A model generated the notes under the pieces. That model worked only from the letters and a program-made list of their open reading frames with translations, did no database searches and was not told where the DNA came from. The position numbers and the translations under genes are program-made. This document shows positions 62,263-64,000 of a stretch of DNA of 64,000 nucleotides, piece after piece; within the stretch, counting starts at the first letter, position 1, and every line of letters starts with the position of its first letter. Source of the DNA: Bacteroidales bacterium (GTDB lineage: Bacteria > Bacteroidota > Bacteroidia > Bacteroidales > UBA932); NCBI GenBank assembly GCA_017451395.1, contig JAFSPR010000059.1, positions 4,543-68,542 of the forward strand, given 5' to 3'.

Positions 62263-64000
62263 ATGGCAAAACGTACATTACTACACAAAGAATCCGAGTC
62301 CACCAGGAAAGCCGCCCTTAGTGGCTTCATGATCATGATCGTGAGCATGGTTACGCTTGAGGCCACGTCCCTTCTGCAGTACTACTTCTCCACAAAGAGC
62401 ATTACCGCCGAAGCCAACCGCAGGGCCGAAGGCCACCTGAAAGCCACGGAGATCCAGATTCTGTCTGTGACGGACCAGGTGGAGACAGCCGTGAGAAACA
62501 CCATCTGGAGCGTCCAGAACCAAATTGGAAAGCCCGACAGCCTTGCCGCCATCACCGCCAGGATGGTATCCCAGAACAAGGTCATTTACGGGTCGTCCGT
62601 TGCACTCGTAGAGAGGAATGTGGCTCCATACTCGTTCCGTAGCGGAGATGAAGTGGCCCAGTCCACCCTTGCTACGGATGAATACGACTACAAGTCCCAG
62701 GAGTGGTTCCGGAAACCCCTTGAGATATCCGGCGGATACTGGTCCGAGCCCTATTACGATGAAGGCGGCGGCGGAGTCATCATGACCACCTACTCCGTGC
62801 CCGTAATGATAAAGGGCAAGCCCGCAGCCGTCTTTACCGCCGATGTCTCCCTTGACTGGCTTACGGACCTTGTGGGCAGTGTGAAGGTGTATCCCAATAC
62901 TTACAACTTCATGATTTCCCGTACCGGACGCATTATGGTAAGCCCCGCCGAAACCCTTGTCATGCGTCACTCCATCCAGGAAGTGGCTCAGAAGACAGAC
63001 GGCTCCGAGGTTTTTGCCGAAGTAGGGGAATCCATGCTTGCAGGCAAACCCGGCAATACCCAGCTCAAGTACAACGGCAAGGTCCTCCGCGTGTTCTTTG
63101 ACACCATTTCCCGCACGGGATGGTCCATGTCCATCATCATTCCCGAAGACGACATATACGGAGAGTCCCGGAAAATGGGCAGCGTGGTACTGCTCCTTCA
63201 GATCCTGGGTATCATCCTTCTCATAGTCATCCTGTATTTCACCATCAAGAACCAGAGGGACCTCAACAATGCCTCCGAGAGCAAGAACCGCATAGAAGGA
63301 GAGCTCCAGGCGGCCTCCGACATCCAGCGCTCGATGCTGCCCAAGACCTTCCCGCCTTTCCCCAGCCGTGACGACATAGACATGTCGGCCGCAATTGTGC
63401 CGGCAAAGGAGGTTGGCGGAGACCTCTACGACTTCTATATCAGGGACGAAAAACTGTTTTTCTGCATAGGTGACGTAAGCGGCAAGGGCGTTCCGGCCAG
63501 CCTTTTCATGGCTGTGACAAGAAGCCTTTTCCGTTCTGTGTCAAACCATGAACACAGCCCGGCAAAGATAGTCACCACAATTAATAACACTGTCTCCGAC
63601 TCCAACGACGCTTCAATGTTCGTGACATTCTTCTGCGGCGTCCTGGACATGAAAACCGGCCACCTGGTATATTGCAATGCCGGTCATAATGCTCCTATCG
63701 CCCTCACGGACCATATCGATGAACTTCAGGTAGACCCCAACATCCCGCTTGGAGTGCTGCCCGGCTACGAATTCACGGAGCAGGAGGCCGATATGAGCTA
63801 TGACGATGCCCTCTTCCTGTACACGGACGGAGTGTCGGAGGCCGAGAACATCAACCATGAACTCTTTGGCGAGGAAAGGATGATAAAGGTGCTGCACACC
63901 CGCCGTCCCGCCGCCGAGCAGCTGTCCTGCATAGCGGATGCCGTGATAAAATTCCGCGGAGAAGCCGCGCAAAGCGACGACATCACCGTTCTCTTCATCC
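62263..64000 (+). CDS. Membrane sensor PP2C/SpoIIE (RsbU-like) phosphatase with periplasmic Cache domain (3' end outside window)
   Basis: Not in ORF track. ATG 62263; TM, WSEPYYDEGGG Cache motif, second TM, ELQAASDIQRSMLP, VGGDLYD, GDVSGKG, NAGH, YTDG, SDDIT. Confidence 0.9.
   Translation, partial: MAKRTLLHKESESTRKAALSGFMIMIVSMVTLEATSLLQYYFSTKSITAEANRRAEGHLKATEIQILSVTDQVETAVRNTIWSVQNQIGKPDSLAAITARMVSQNKVIYGSSVALVERNVAPYSFRSGDEVAQSTLATDEYDYKSQEWFRKPLEISGGYWSEPYYDEGGGGVIMTTYSVPVMIKGKPAAVFTADVSLDWLTDLVGSVKVYPNTYNFMISRTGRIMVSPAETLVMRHSIQEVAQKTDGSEVFAEVGESMLAGKPGNTQLKYNGKVLRVFFDTISRTGWSMSIIIPEDDIYGESRKMGSVVLLLQILGIILLIVILYFTIKNQRDLNNASESKNRIEGELQAASDIQRSMLPKTFPPFPSRDDIDMSAAIVPAKEVGGDLYDFYIRDEKLFFCIGDVSGKGVPASLFMAVTRSLFRSVSNHEHSPAKIVTTINNTVSDSNDASMFVTFFCGVLDMKTGHLVYCNAGHNAPIALTDHIDELQVDPNIPLGVLPGYEFTEQEADMSYDDALFLYTDGVSEAENINHELFGEERMIKVLHTRRPAAEQLSCIADAVIKFRGEAAQSDDITVLFI

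Noticed and set aside
62281-63998. Minus-strand ORFs at the right end
   Set aside because: Shadows of the plus-strand Cache/PP2C gene that the ORF track missed because it lacks a stop in the window.

Overview
Chromosomal window from a Bacteroidota genome, most likely an anaerobic gut/rumen Bacteroidales. Support: TAnnTTTG -7 promoter boxes before many genes, no Shine-Dalgarno pattern, and a TonB receptor/DUF4249 pair. Contents, left to right: a TPR/LuxR/small-peptide/surface-lipoprotein module; a DUF3990-XRE pair; a complete-looking succinylase-type DAP/lysine cluster; housekeeping genes (mutS2, cdaA, P1B-ATPase, mutL, tsaC, pepP, ispF, radA, galE, surA, dacB); a VTC-domain/DUF4956/beta-helix lipoprotein/OM-barrel locus with a membrane LytTR regulator; tRNA-Met and tRNA-Gln; and a tightly coupled operon ending in small alarmone synthetase, small alarmone hydrolase, APH-like kinase and Cache/PP2C phosphatase. 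No transposase, integrase, CRISPR or rRNA was seen. The window is nonetheless dense in small non-autonomous repeats of fixed geometry: (i) nine elements built as 25-bp IHF-like palindromic box + 40-bp hairpin + box, (ii) a structured palindromic family inserted in frame in dapF and an M20 peptidase, (iii) YGTC-tagged REPs translated inside mutL, dacB and an OstA-like gene, (iv) two 22-bp-phased GTCGCAGGT arrays, (v) three unrelated 2x52-bp palindrome dimers, and (vi) a 152-bp inverted repeat bracketing pepP and a DUF456 gene. All family assignments come from motif recognition by eye and all alignments were done by hand; none were checked by database search.
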